64,000 nt of DNA from Steroidobacteraceae bacterium (GCA_036267715.1 DATAVN010000042.1:16887-80886); one strand, 5' to 3'; numbered from the stretch's first letter, positions 9,743-20,110 are shown. Numbers and translations are program-made. The notes: generated by a model not told the origin, from the sequence alone.

Positions 9743-10345
9743 ATGTCGTGGTTCAAGAAACCTCTTGATGGAGATGATCTCATGATGAATGCCAACTCAA
9801 GCGGCCGCTCCGCTGCGCCCGAACCGTCAGTGACGCGCCCTGAGCCGCGGGTGCCGGGCGAATCGCGATCGCCCGCGGCGCGCGTCAGCGAGCCGCTGCG
9901 CCCGACCGATGCCAAGGTTGCCGAATCGGCTGCGCGAGCCTCGGTTCTCGGGCCGACGCTGCGATTTCGCGGCGAGTTGTCCGCCCAAGAGGATTTGATC
10001 GTCCAGGGCAGCGTCGAAGGATCGATTACGCATACGCAGAGCCTCACCATCGGCACCGACGGCACCATGAAGGGCGACGTTCGCGCCCGCGTCATCGTGA
10101 TCGATGGCAAGGTCGAGGGTGATCTCTACGCCACGGAATCGGTGAACATCCGCGCCACCGCCAAGGTCAAGGGCAACGTCTTTGCGCCGCGTGTCGGCAT
10201 CAGCGAGGGCGCGTTCTTCCAGGGGCAGATCGAAATGCAGCCGTCGGGGGCGGCGGTGCAAGAGCATAGTGCGCGCCTGCGCCAGGCGGCACTGACGACG
10301 CCGATCGAAGGCGCCGCGGTCGATCACCTGTTGAGCGGGACTTGA
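9743..10345 (+). CDS. bactofilin paralogue with a ~65-aa disordered N-terminal extension
   Basis: I chose the internal ATG at 9743 (MSWFKKPLDG..), 3 nt after the first bactofilin stop. The core FRGELSAQEDLIVQGSVEGSITHTQSLTIGTDGTMKGDV is near-identical in pattern to the upstream paralogue. Confidence 0.8.
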   Translation: MSWFKKPLDGDDLMMNANSSGRSAAPEPSVTRPEPRVPGESRSPAARVSEPLRPTDAKVAESAARASVLGPTLRFRGELSAQEDLIVQGSVEGSITHTQSLTIGTDGTMKGDVRARVIVIDGKVEGDLYATESVNIRATAKVKGNVFAPRVGISEGAFFQGQIEMQPSGAAVQEHSARLRQAALTTPIEGAAVDHLLSGT

Positions 10346-11163
10346 GGGTTCGCGCCGGCGACAAATAATTCGGGGTCCACCCAGACGTGATTCAAGCTCA
10401 AGCCCCAGTGTAGATGCGGCCCGGTTACACGGCCGGTCATACCGACCGCCCCCAGTGTCGCTCCCGCGTCCACGCGTTGCCCGGGTTTCACATCGATCGC
10501 GCTCAAGTGGCAGTACATGCTGATCAGGCCGCGGCCGTGATCCACGAATACCGTATTGCCGGTGAAGAAAAAATTGCCGGTCTCGATCACCGAGCCGCCG
10601 AGCGGCGCGACAACCTTGGTGCCGGTCGGCGCCGCAATGTCCATCCCGCTGTGCGGACTGCGCGCCTCGCCGTTGAATATCCGGCGCATTCCGAATGAAC
10701 TGCTGCGTATACCGGGAATCGGCTGCGCCATCCGCAAGGTCGCAGGCTGTTCATCGGTCCAGCGGCTGAGCGCCTTATCGATGATGGGGTTCTCCCGATT
10801 GACCCGCTCCAAATCATCAGGCGACAGGTCGACCTGACCGGGTTTTACCTTGAGGGACTGGCTCGCGTAGCGTTTCGCGCCGACAGTGAACCCAATTTCC
10901 TGCCGCGCACTGCCGCTGTGCACGACCACTTGGCGCGGCGCGAGCGGCGCCGACAGGGGGATGCCGATGACCGCAATCCAAGATTCATGCTCCTTCACGA
11001 CCAGCGCGCGATGGCCGTCCGCATCCACGTAGGGCGCGGAGTCGCCGTGGACATCCAAGCGGACGATCTTGACACCGCCCGGCACCGCGCTCTCGCGCGG
11101 CAGCATGTAGGAAAACGCCAACGACGGGCTCAGGAACAACAGCAGTATCGCGCAACGAATCAA
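10324..11163 (-). CDS. M23/LytM family metallopeptidase with signal/anchor sequence
   Basis: Motifs HSGMDIAAPTGT and TGPHLHW. The proposed TTG start follows GGAG and overlaps the xseA stop (TTGA). The longer tracked ORF (to 11907) runs antisense-like into xseA and is rejected. Confidence 0.8.
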   Translation of the reverse strand: MIRCAILLLFLSPSLAFSYMLPRESAVPGGVKIVRLDVHGDSAPYVDADGHRALVVKEHESWIAVIGIPLSAPLAPRQVVVHSGSARQEIGFTVGAKRYASQSLKVKPGQVDLSPDDLERVNRENPIIDKALSRWTDEQPATLRMAQPIPGIRSSSFGMRRIFNGEARSPHSGMDIAAPTGTKVVAPLGGSVIETGNFFFTGNTVFVDHGRGLISMYCHLSAIDVKPGQRVDAGATLGAVGMTGRVTGPHLHWGLSLNHVWVDPELFVAGANPQVPLNR

Positions 11164-12497
11164 GATTGCTCCACCTTGGCGCGGATCCGGCCGGCGGCGA
11201 GGCGTGCCTCGATCATCGTTCCGGGCGGGGCATCCGCGGCGTTCCGCACAATGCCGCCGTCGACCTTGCTGACGATGGCGTAGCCCCGGCTCAAGGTGGC
11301 GAGCGGACTGACCGCGTTCAGCGTGCGTGCCAGCGGAGCGAGCCGTTCGCGGGCCAGATGCATGCGCGCGAGCGCTGCGGCCCGAAGCCGGGCGAGCAGC
11401 GCCGCCTGCCGGGCGGCAGTGCCGCGCAGGCGCGCCATGGGACTCAACTGCCATAGGCGGCTGCGGCGTTCGCCGAGCGTCGAGCCGCGCTCGGCGATGA
11501 TTTGGCGCAGCGCCCGGGCCAGCCGCTGCTCCAGATCGTCCAGGCGCTGCGATTGCTGCGCCAGCCGCGCCAATGGGCTTACCCGTGCCGCGCGGCCCGT
11601 GAGCCATCGCAGCCGCTCGCGCTGAGCCTCGGCTCTGCGCAGCAGGGCGCGCCGCAGGCGCAGTGCGAGCCGCGCCAGCGAATCGAGCCACTCTTCGCCG
11701 TCGGGTACCGCGATCTCCGCCGCCGCGGAGGGCGTTGCTGCGCGCACATCGGCGGCGAAATCGGCGATCGTGAAGTCGATTTCGTGGCCGACTCCGCTCA
11801 CGATGGGGATGGGCGAGGCGACGATGGCGCGGGCCAGGGACTCGTCGTTGAAGGCCCAGAGGTCCTCGAGCGATCCGCCGCCGCGCGCCAGGATGAGCAC
11901 GTCGCACTCGGCGCGCCTGCCCGCCAATCGAACCGCCGCCGTGATCTCGGCCGCGGCCGCCGCACCTTGCACGGCTACCGGATAGATCAGCACCGGCACG
12001 GCCGCAAAACGCCGCGCTAGCACATGCAGGATGTCCCTGATCGCCGCCCCGGTCGGCGAGGTGATGACCCCGATGCGCTTGGGGATCATCGGCAGGGGAC
12101 GCTTGCGTTCCGGGGCAAACAGGCCTTCCGCCGCAAGTTTTGCCGACAACTCCTCGAACTGGCGCTTCAGGGCGCCGAGACCGGCATCTTCCATGTGCTC
12201 GATGACGAGTTGATACTCGCCGCGCGGCTCATAAAGGCCGACCCGCGCCCGCACCAGCACTTTCTGCCCGTCTTTCGGCGCGAACGCACACAACATATTT
12301 CGCTGCCGGAACATGCAGCAGCGCACCTGCGCGGCCGCGTCCTTGAGGGAGAAGTACCAATGTCCCGAGCTGGGTTTGGCGAGATTGGAGATCTCGGCCT
12401 CCAGCCACAGGGTACCCAAGCCGCGCTCGAGCAGCGCGCGCACCTCGCGATTGAGGCGCGAAACGCTGTAAACATCGCGATTTCCGGGCGTTTCCAT
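11160..12497 (-). CDS. xseA: exodeoxyribonuclease VII large subunit
   Basis: METPGNRDVYSVSRLNREVRALLE..GHWYFSLKD aligns with the XseA N-terminus. It is divergent from guaB, as in E. coli. Confidence 0.9.
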   Translation of the reverse strand: METPGNRDVYSVSRLNREVRALLERGLGTLWLEAEISNLAKPSSGHWYFSLKDAAAQVRCCMFRQRNMLCAFAPKDGQKVLVRARVGLYEPRGEYQLVIEHMEDAGLGALKRQFEELSAKLAAEGLFAPERKRPLPMIPKRIGVITSPTGAAIRDILHVLARRFAAVPVLIYPVAVQGAAAAAEITAAVRLAGRRAECDVLILARGGGSLEDLWAFNDESLARAIVASPIPIVSGVGHEIDFTIADFAADVRAATPSAAAEIAVPDGEEWLDSLARLALRLRRALLRRAEAQRERLRWLTGRAARVSPLARLAQQSQRLDDLEQRLARALRQIIAERGSTLGERRSRLWQLSPMARLRGTAARQAALLARLRAAALARMHLARERLAPLARTLNAVSPLATLSRGYAIVSKVDGGIVRNAADAPPGTMIEARLAAGRIRAKVEQS

Positions 12498-12580
12498 GAA
12501 CTCATGATACTGCGGTTTACCGCGCCGCACCTGCAAGGTACAATGCGCCGCCTCTTAGACGGACCTGGAACGCGATTCCT

Positions 12581-14047
12581 ATGCGGATTCTTGAAGAGGC
12601 GCTCACCTTCGACGACGTGCTGCTGGTGCCGGCATACTCCGAAGTGCTGCCCCGCGATGTCTCCCTGGCCAGCCAACTCACCCGCGAAATCCGGGTCAAT
12701 CTTCCGGTCGTGTCCTCTGCCATGGACACGGTGACTGAAGCGCGCCTGGCGATCACGATCGCTCAGGAGGGCGGTATCGGCATCATTCACAAGAACATGT
12801 CCATCGACAATCAGGCGCGCCAGGTCGATCGCGTCAAGAAGTTCGAAAGCGGCGTGATCAGTGACCCGATCACCGTCAATCCGGACATGACCATCCGCCA
12901 GGTTTTGGAACTTACCCGCGCAAAGAACATTTCCGGCGTTCCCGTGGTACTCGGCACCAAAGTGGTCGGTATCGTCACGCATCGCGATCTGCGCTTTGAG
13001 ACCAAGCTGGATGCGCCGGTTTCCTCGGTCATGACGCCGAAGGACCGCCTGATCACGGTGCGGGAGAATGCCCCAAAAGATCAGGTGCTGGCGCTGTTGC
13101 ACAAGCATCGAATTGAAAAGGTGCTGGTGGTTGCGGGCGATCACGAGCTGAAGGGCATGATCACCGTGAAGGACTTTCAGAAGGCCACGGAATTCCCCAA
13201 TGCCTGCAAGGACGGCGTCGGAAGCCTGCGCGTCGGTGCGGCGGTCGGCACGTCGCCCGACACGCTGGACCGGGTCGGCGCATTGCGCGACGCCGGCGTC
13301 GATGTCGTCGTCGTCGACACTTCGCACGGCCATTCGCGCGGTGTGCTCGATACCGTCTCGAAAATTAAGGCGAAATATCCCGACATGCAGGTGATCGGCG
13401 GCAACATCGTCACCGCCGAGGCGGCGCTCGACCTGGTCAAACATGGCGCCGATGCCGTCAAGGTGGGCATCGGGCCGGGATCCATATGCACGACGCGGGT
13501 CGTCGCCGGCGTGGGGGTTCCGCAAATCAGTGCCATTGCGCGGGTCGCGAAGGCCCTCGAGGGCACCGGGGTGCCGGTGATCGGCGATGGCGGCATCCGT
13601 TTTTCCGGAGACATCGCCAAGGCGCTCGCCGCGGGCGCCCACTGCGTGATGATCGGCGGCATGTTCGCCGGAACCGAGGAATCCCCCGGAGAAGTCGAAC
13701 TCTATCAGGGCGCCTCGTACAAGGCGTATCGAGGCATGGGCTCCCTGGGAGCGATGGCGCAAACCCACGGTTCCAGCGACCGCTATTTTCAAGACACCAC
13801 TTCAGAGCTCGAGAAGCTGGTACCCGAGGGCATCGAAGGCCGGGTGCCTTACAAGGGGAGCCTGGTGGCGATCCTGCATCAGCTCTCCGGCGGATTGCGC
13901 GCCGCAATGGGGTATACCGGCAGCGGCAGCATCGAGGAGATGCGGACCCGGCCGCAGTTTGTGCGCGTCACCAGCGCGGGCGTTCGCGAGAGCCACGTTC
14001 ACGACGTGACCATCACCAAGGAAGCGCCCAATTACCGGATCAGCTGA
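12581..14047 (+). CDS. guaB: IMP dehydrogenase
   Basis: [17 protein letters not shown].., CBS pair, and catalytic [11 protein letters not shown] loop. Confidence 0.97.
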   Translation: MRILEEALTFDDVLLVPAYSEVLPRDVSLASQLTREIRVNLPVVSSAMDTVTEARLAITIAQEGGIGIIHKNMSIDNQARQVDRVKKFESGVISDPITVNPDMTIRQVLELTRAKNISGVPVVLGTKVVGIVTHRDLRFETKLDAPVSSVMTPKDRLITVRENAPKDQVLALLHKHRIEKVLVVAGDHELKGMITVKDFQKATEFPNACKDGVGSLRVGAAVGTSPDTLDRVGALRDAGVDVVVVDTSHGHSRGVLDTVSKIKAKYPDMQVIGGNIVTAEAALDLVKHGADAVKVGIGPGSICTTRVVAGVGVPQISAIARVAKALEGTGVPVIGDGGIRFSGDIAKALAAGAHCVMIGGMFAGTEESPGEVELYQGASYKAYRGMGSLGAMAQTHGSSDRYFQDTTSELEKLVPEGIEGRVPYKGSLVAILHQLSGGLRAAMGYTGSGSIEEMRTRPQFVRVTSAGVRESHVHDVTITKEAPNYRIS

Positions 14048-15621
14048 TGCCGGACATTCACGCTGACAGAGTCCTGATTCTCGATTTCGGCGCCCAGTAC
14101 ACACAGTTGATCGCCCGCCGGATTCGCGAGATCGGCGTGTACTCCGAAATATATGCATGCGATGCATCGATCAACGACATCGAGAAATTCGCACCCAAGG
14201 CCATTGTGCTGTCCGGCGGCCCTGAATCGGTCTATGACGCGAAGGGCCTCGAAGCGCCGCGCGAGATCTACGAGCTCGGCGTGCCGGTGCTCGGAATCTG
14301 CTACGGCATGCAGACCATGGCAGCACAGCTGGGTGGCAAGGTCGAAGGCTCATCGCACCGGGAGTATGGCGCCGCCCAGGTGAGACCCGCGAACGGCACA
14401 CCGTTGCTCGATGGCCTCGAAGATAATCGCGACGCTGAAGGGCGGCGTTTACTGGATGTCTGGATGAGTCATGGCGACCGGGTGAGCGCGCTGCCACCCG
14501 GGTTCAAGGCGATTGCGGCCAGCGACAACGCACCGCTCGCCGCCATGGCGGACGAATCGCGGCGTCTGTACGGCCTGCAGTTTCACCCTGAAGTCACCCA
14601 CAGCCTGCAAGGCGGCGAAATCCTTCGGCGCTTCGTGCGCGAGATCGCCGGTTGCGCGGCAACCTGGGCGACCCGCAACATCATCGAGGACAGCGTCGCG
14701 CGCATTCGCGCGCAGGTCGGCGATGACCGCGTGCTCCTCGGTTTATCGGGCGGCGTCGACTCATCGGTGCTCGCGGCGCTGTTGCACCGGGCGATAGGTC
14801 CAAAACTCACCTGTGTATTCGTCGACCATGGGTTGCTGCGGCTGGGCGAAGGCGATCAGGTCATGGCGACGTTCGCCGAACACATGGGCGTGCATGTCAT
14901 CCGGGTCGATGCCGAAGAGCGATTCTTGAGCGCGTTGGCTGGCGAAGCCGATCCGGAGAAGAAGCGCAAAATCATCGGACGGGTATTTGTCGAAGTGTTC
15001 GACGAAGAAGCGAACAAGCTCAAGGATGTCAAATGGCTCGCGCAGGGTACGATTTATCCCGATGTCATCGAATCGGCGGGCGCGAAGACCGGCAAGGCGC
15101 ACGTGATCAAGTCGCACCACAACGTCGGCGGCCTGCCAGAGCAGATGAAATTGAAATTGCTCGAGCCGCTGCGTGAGTTGTTCAAGGACGAAGTCCGAAA
15201 ACTCGGGGTCGAGTTGGGGCTGCCCCAGGAAATGGTGCACCGCCATCCTTTCCCGGGCCCGGGACTCGGCGTGCGCATCTTGGGAGAGATTTACAAGGCG
15301 CATGCAGACTTGCTGCGCCGCGCGGATGCGATTTTCATCGAGGAGCTGCGCACCCACGATCTGTATGACAAGGTGAGCCAGGCCTTCGCGGTGTTCTTGC
15401 CGGTGAAGTCGGTCGGCGTCATGGGCGATGGACGCCGCTATGATTACGTAATCGCGCTGCGCGCGGTGGAAACGATTGATTTCATGACCGCGCGCTGGGC
15501 ACGTCTGCCCTATGAATTCCTGGATCGTGTCGCGCACCGCGTGATCAACGAAGTGCCGGGCATCTCCCGCGTGGTCTACGATATTTCGGGAAAGCCGCCG
15601 GCGACGATCGAGTGGGAGTGA
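14047..15621 (+). CDS. guaA: GMP synthase (glutamine-hydrolysing)
   Basis: ATG overlaps the guaB stop (TGATG). GATase domain ([15 protein letters not shown]), the SGGVDSS PP-loop, and the C-terminal ..PPATIEWE. Confidence 0.97.
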   Translation: MPDIHADRVLILDFGAQYTQLIARRIREIGVYSEIYACDASINDIEKFAPKAIVLSGGPESVYDAKGLEAPREIYELGVPVLGICYGMQTMAAQLGGKVEGSSHREYGAAQVRPANGTPLLDGLEDNRDAEGRRLLDVWMSHGDRVSALPPGFKAIAASDNAPLAAMADESRRLYGLQFHPEVTHSLQGGEILRRFVREIAGCAATWATRNIIEDSVARIRAQVGDDRVLLGLSGGVDSSVLAALLHRAIGPKLTCVFVDHGLLRLGEGDQVMATFAEHMGVHVIRVDAEERFLSALAGEADPEKKRKIIGRVFVEVFDEEANKLKDVKWLAQGTIYPDVIESAGAKTGKAHVIKSHHNVGGLPEQMKLKLLEPLRELFKDEVRKLGVELGLPQEMVHRHPFPGPGLGVRILGEIYKAHADLLRRADAIFIEELRTHDLYDKVSQAFAVFLPVKSVGVMGDGRRYDYVIALRAVETIDFMTARWARLPYEFLDRVAHRVINEVPGISRVVYDISGKPPATIEWE

Positions 15622-15737
15622 CCAGGGCGCTTCCCTAGTGTGTCACGGTCGGCCCAGTCGCTGAAGCTGGAGTTTTCGGGTAAATTTGGCAGAAACTCAT
15701 TTAATTCCGCCGCTCGCCTGCTCTCGTTGATCTTTCG

Positions 15738-15778
15738 ACTACAAAGATGATTTGAGAGGCTGGGGCTTGCGCGAATGA
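15738..15778. repeat. left copy of the 41-bp direct repeat (overlaps the 3' end of the AlpA-like gene)
   Basis: actacaaagatgatttgagaggctggggcttgcgcgaatga compared with the copy at 20308. Confidence 0.7.
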
Positions 15779-16032
15779 CAATTCGGCACAGGTGCTCGTC
15801 CGACCTTGGTTTGCTGATCGAGTTGTTTGCGTGCGTCAAGCCACGCATAAACTTCGTCCGAGTCCCAAACAACGCAACGCGGAGTTAAATAGAAGCGTCT
15901 TGGGAAATCTTCACGCTGCTCCAACTCGTAAATAGTGGTGTTCGACAGCGGCACAATCTTGCGCAGTTCAGCGCGGCGCAACGCGCGTCTTGGCGGGAGA
16001 GTCGATGCAGGTGGGGTCGTAGAGAAAAACAC
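15739..16032 (-). CDS. AlpA-family phage/island regulatory protein (MerR-like HTH, excisionase-type)
   Basis: LRRAELRKIVPLSNTTIYELEQREDFPRRFYLTPRCVVWDSDEVYAWL matches the AlpA pattern (..stiy..i..g.FP.p..l..r.v.W...ev..Wl). GTG start. Confidence 0.7.
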   Translation of the reverse strand: MFFSTTPPASTLPPRRALRRAELRKIVPLSNTTIYELEQREDFPRRFYLTPRCVVWDSDEVYAWLDARKQLDQQTKVGRAPVPNCHSRKPQPLKSSL

Positions 16033-16040
16033 TGCTTACT

Positions 16041-17029
16041 TCAGCTTTTTTCTGCCCGGGCGGCGTAGAACCGCAAGGCGGCTTCTTCAAAATTCCCGAC
16101 AAGAAAATCGGCGATCGGTTTCGTATACCAGTTGAATGCCGTACTAACCCGGTAGCGCATCGTCACTCGAAGCTCTGTGCCTGCGTTCAGTTTGCGTAAT
16201 ACATATTCGGTGTCGATCAAATCGAAATACCGCCCGCCAATCCTCACGTGATCGTCGAGTGCCCCTGCTGGAAATGAATCGTTTGCAAACCGATAGGTCC
16301 AATGAATACGTTGGTTTGGTTGCCAGTCGGCTGCTATCTGATCGAACCGGATGCCTTTGCCCATTGTGATGTGACGCACTTGGGTGCCGTCGGCCGGTAC
16401 CGTAACCGCGGATAATGGTAGGGGCACGCCGATGCGATACATCCATGCAGTGCCGATCTCGGCTGGCCGGATGTCTTTGGCGACTGTGAGGTGGGTCCAA
16501 ATTGCCTCGGGGCTCGCGGAGATCGTGCGGACTCTTTCGACCGACTGGATGTCTTGCGGGAGCGTAAGATTCTGCTCAAGGCCTCCTAACAGCAGCGGTA
16601 ACGCGGCAAAGCTGTAAACGGCCCGCTGTGGCCACTTTGTCCAACGGCATATTGCGCCCATTAGCAGCCCACCGAGGCCGCCCACGAGGCTAAAAAGGGG
16701 CACCGCAAGTACCGCGCAGATAAGCCCCTCCACTCTGATCACCATCGTGCCGATTACAAATAACGCATTGGCGGCGGCGGCGGCGAAGAAATAATAGGAC
16801 CAGCTCCGGCGCCCCGCGCGCTCCGCCGTGTAGACGGTTACTGCCCCACCACAATCGGCACCAGCAGAGTAAATGTGGACATCATGGCGTGATACGGTTC
16901 GCCTGGCATACCAGAGAAAAAGAGACGAAACGCGACGCCGACGAGCGCCCCGCAAATAAGGGGCACGGTCCAGCCAAATCGGACGATCCAGAAGCGGTGA
17001 GGTTCCGGGGTGTCAGGCGACGAAGCCAT
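16041..17029 (-). pseudogene. membrane-anchored SRPBCC (START/polyketide-cyclase-like) protein, reading frame split at a C4/G4 run
   Basis: ORF 16838-17029 (TM helices, ..TFTLLVPIVVGQ*) and ORF 16041-16955 (..AVTVYTAERAG.. then the SRPBCC domain) join seamlessly if 1 nt changes in the cccc run at 16844-16847. The 17029 start overlaps the desaturase stop, as expected in an operon. Confidence 0.5.
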
Positions 17030-18002
17030 GAGCGTCTACTCCTGGTCGTAAAGGAACCTCAGTGGTCGATATCACTTGGCTCTGTCCCACGAGCTCTACT
17101 TCGGTCAGTTCAGGCCGGTAGGGCAGGTCTGATGGCAATCGAAGTTTCGTAATCAGTCCGAGACGCCGAAGCCCTAGGAGAGTCCACCAGCCAGGGTCCC
17201 ATTCGTGTGGTTCGAGCCCGAGTCGCGCTGATCCCGGAAATGCATGATGGTTGTTGTGCCAACACTCGCCCATGGTCAGAAGCGACGTGAATCGAACGTT
17301 GCGGCCCTGAACCGCTGCACCTCGAACCTCACGGTGAATTGCGCCGTTGTTATGTGCCAAATGACCAATCAGCCAATGACCGAACACGCCGACAGTCACG
17401 CGAGCGCAGACCGCCCACCACACGAATCCCCAACCGCCCGCGGCATAAAGTAGAAACGCTACGGGCACTTGCTGCGCCATCCACGTACGCTCCAGAAACT
17501 GATAGAAGCGATCTTTGAAGATTCTTGGCTCAATTCGGATGATCGGCGGCTGGAGCAGCACGAGCTCGCAATTCAGCTGCCACCATGCATCCACCCAGGC
17601 CGGTCGACCGTGTTTCAGGTAGTCGTGGCAACTGGGTAATCGCTGCGCGTAATCGCGCAGCTCGTGTTGACGGAGAAGACCGATCGGGCCCGCGAGTCCG
17701 ACCTGCACCCCAAGGTACACGAAAAAGTATTCAAGCCACTTAGGACACTGGTAGCTATCGTGGACGAGCTTTCGGTGGCTGCCCAGAGAGTGGCCGAATA
17801 GGAGCACGGCCGCGGTCGCGAGCAGGAACGCGGCAAAGGCAGACCAAGAAAAGGTGATGGCGCCGCCGACAATCGCACCTATCAGCATACCAAGAAACCA
17901 AGCGGACTTGACGGGTGCGTACCGCACCGTTCCGACGCACACCGAATCTAAATTTACCGCGGCGACACGGTGTTGATCGAGACTTGCGGCGACGCCTTCC
18001 AT
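17013..18002 (-). CDS. membrane fatty-acid (acyl-CoA type) desaturase
   Basis: Histidine boxes HRKLVH, HELRD-region and WHNNHHAFP, with several TM segments. Confidence 0.8.
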   Translation of the reverse strand: MEGVAASLDQHRVAAVNLDSVCVGTVRYAPVKSAWFLGMLIGAIVGGAITFSWSAFAAFLLATAAVLLFGHSLGSHRKLVHDSYQCPKWLEYFFVYLGVQVGLAGPIGLLRQHELRDYAQRLPSCHDYLKHGRPAWVDAWWQLNCELVLLQPPIIRIEPRIFKDRFYQFLERTWMAQQVPVAFLLYAAGGWGFVWWAVCARVTVGVFGHWLIGHLAHNNGAIHREVRGAAVQGRNVRFTSLLTMGECWHNNHHAFPGSARLGLEPHEWDPGWWTLLGLRRLGLITKLRLPSDLPYRPELTEVELVGQSQVISTTEVPLRPGVDAHGFVA

Positions 18003-18014
18003 AGCAAATCCAGG

Positions 18015-18338
18015 CTACTCGGTCGCGCGTCGGCGCTTTGCAAGGGCGCGCGACTCGCGCTTGAGTGGGCCTGCTACGGGGCATATTTCGAATGCATAAC
18101 CGGTCAGCGTGCTGACGAGGCTACTCGGATTCAACCGATACAGGACTCGCTGTCCCTTTCGCTCGCTGGCGACCAAGCCCGCATTCTCGAGTACGGTTAG
18201 ATGCCTCGACATGGACGGTGCTGTCATCTGAAATCGAGCTGCGAGCTCGGATGTCGTGAGCTCCGCTTTGGAGAGGTACGCCAGAATTTCCCTGCGAGAG
18301 CGGGATGCGAGGGCTTCAAAAATCTTGTCGACCGACAT
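18015..18338 (-). CDS. ArsR/SmtB family transcriptional regulator
   Basis: ALASRSRREILAYLSKAELTTSELAARFQMTAPSMSRHLTVLENAGLV. Confidence 0.85.
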   Translation of the reverse strand: MSVDKIFEALASRSRREILAYLSKAELTTSELAARFQMTAPSMSRHLTVLENAGLVASERKGQRVLYRLNPSSLVSTLTGYAFEICPVAGPLKRESRALAKRRRATE

Positions 18339-18516
18339 ACCTGCATAATATTAGAAAATGTGCTAATAGTCAAATATACTAACACTCGGCAGAAACGAAT
18401 CCCCTGGGCCAGGGGGAAACGCGCGGCGCTGGAGGGTTAGGGGGCGGCAATGCAGAACCATCAGAAGTTATAAGATTATGAAAAATATGGAAGTAGGGAT
18501 GAATGTAGGTCAACGG

Positions 18517-18541
18517 AGACATTATTTACTAAAAAATGTCT
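18517..18541. promoter_or_regulatory. inverted repeat AGACATT-N11-AATGTCT in the AT-rich leader of the Fic pair (candidate operator)
   Basis: Directly visible. GGAGACA recurs 34 bp downstream. It lies about 90 nt upstream of the XRE-type gene. Confidence 0.35.
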
Positions 18542-18627
18542 ATTTAAGGAGACAAAATAGTTCGACAATGTGTATTAAGGGATATATATCATTGGATAAA
18601 ATGTACCCTATAGCCTACAGGTGACCC

Positions 18628-19092
18628 GTGCCCCGATATCTTAGAACCAGCAATGCCCAAATCCTCGACCGCAAGCTTACGGAGCTGCAGGCGGCTGCAG
18701 CGGCGCTGCGCCAACGTCCTGTGAAGGGTTGGGTCCACGCCCTGCGATCAGCATTCGGGATGAGCGTGACCGTGCTTGCTCGGCGCCTCGGCGTCAGCCA
18801 CTCCACCGTGCTGTCCTACGAGAAGGCCGAGCTAACCGGGCGGATCCAAATCGACACCCTACGGCGCGTTGCGGACACGCTGGATGCCGAACTCATTGTC
18901 GCCATGGTTCCGCGCCAGCCGATCATCGACACGCTGCGCGCGCGCGCGAGAGAGATTGCCCAGCAGGAAATGAGCGCGACCGTACAGAGCATGCGACTCG
19001 AGAATCAGGAAGTGACAGCAGGTGAGACTAAGGAGCAATTCGACATTCTCGTAGAGAATCTCGTGCGCGAGCCGAAGAAGCTGTGGCGCTGA
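18628..19092 (+). CDS. mobile mystery protein A (XRE-type HTH)
   Basis: GWVHALRSAFGMSVTVLARRLGVSHSTVLSYEKAE is an HTH, followed by a Fic partner with a 10-nt overlap. This pairing is typical of the TIGR02612/TIGR02613 pair. Confidence 0.7.
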   Translation: MPRYLRTSNAQILDRKLTELQAAAAALRQRPVKGWVHALRSAFGMSVTVLARRLGVSHSTVLSYEKAELTGRIQIDTLRRVADTLDAELIVAMVPRQPIIDTLRARAREIAQQEMSATVQSMRLENQEVTAGETKEQFDILVENLVREPKKLWR

Positions 19093-19679
19093 CCGATCCC
19101 CATGCGCCCGGCGCAACACCGCTCACGCCGGTGCAACTGCGTGGGCTGAGTCTTCCCCTGACCACGCATGGCGAACTGAACGCCGCCGAGCAGGAGAATA
19201 TTCTGCGCGCGCGTCTATGGGCGCGCGGCGCGCGCTCCATCGCCATGCCGAACATGCTCACGCGACAATTCGTCGAGCAACTGCATTTGCGCATGTACGG
19301 CGATGTGTGGGATTGGGCAGGCACCCAGCGTCAGGTCGACACCAATATCGGCGTACCGTTTCCCCACATCGGCGTAGCCGAGCGCGAGCTCTTCGATGAT
19401 GCCCGGTACTGGCTCGACCACCGGACATACGAGCCGGTGGAATTCGCTGTTCGCTTACACCACAGACTTGTGTTCATTCATCCCTTTCCCAATGGCAACG
19501 GACGCCTGAGTCGCTTTTACGCGGATCTGGCGCTCACCCGCCACTTTCGGCTCAATCGACTGACATGGGGAGGCGGTGAATTGGATGGCGGGGATCCGCG
19601 ACGGAAGGACTACATCGCCGCGCTAAAGGCGGCGGACGATCACGACTACCGTTCTCTTCTCGCGTTTGCGCAGGCCTAG
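19083..19679 (+). CDS. mobile mystery protein B (Fic/DOC family)
   Basis: Fic motif HPFPNGNGRLSR; GTG start overlaps the upstream gene. Confidence 0.8.
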   Translation: MALTDPHAPGATPLTPVQLRGLSLPLTTHGELNAAEQENILRARLWARGARSIAMPNMLTRQFVEQLHLRMYGDVWDWAGTQRQVDTNIGVPFPHIGVAERELFDDARYWLDHRTYEPVEFAVRLHHRLVFIHPFPNGNGRLSRFYADLALTRHFRLNRLTWGGGELDGGDPRRKDYIAALKAADDHDYRSLLAFAQA

Positions 19680-20110
19680 GGGCCAGCGTGAAGGTGGAAA
19701 CTTACTCAGCTTTATGGCGTGTACGCGGGAAGTCACTTCTCGTTGGCGAAAAACGTGCAGGCGGTCGCGTTCGCTGACCTCTCGAAAGTGTTTGAGTCAC
19801 TAAAGTTGTGCTTATGTCCAGTCTCGAACCGAGGTGCATGTTCGAAAGCTGATGGCGAGATCTTCTTGAGAACACGGCGGCGTAAAAAAGCGGTTGATGG
19901 TCGACAATCGATCGAGGATGTGCAGTACAAAATGGTATCACCGACTGTGATACTTCCCAGCGTGGAGATACTTCTGGATATTCTATCGCCCATTGTCAGA
20001 AGCGAGACTCCCTGACGGTATTTCGGACGGTACTGTGAGCCGGCCTTGAGAGAAAAACGAATCCAATCAATTTCTTGCAGGGTCAGGAGATTATTGGGTG
20101 GGAGTGACGG

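Noticed and set aside
10324-11907. Full 527-aa version of the M23 ORF; likewise the long N-terminal extensions of guaA (13486), tadA (29100), yfgM (99), the integrase (33231), the acyl-CoA synthetase (53699) and yhhQ (62364)
   Set aside because: The extensions overlap upstream genes, are Arg/Pro-rich and lack homology. Internal starts give canonical N-termini with sensible coupling to neighbouring genes.
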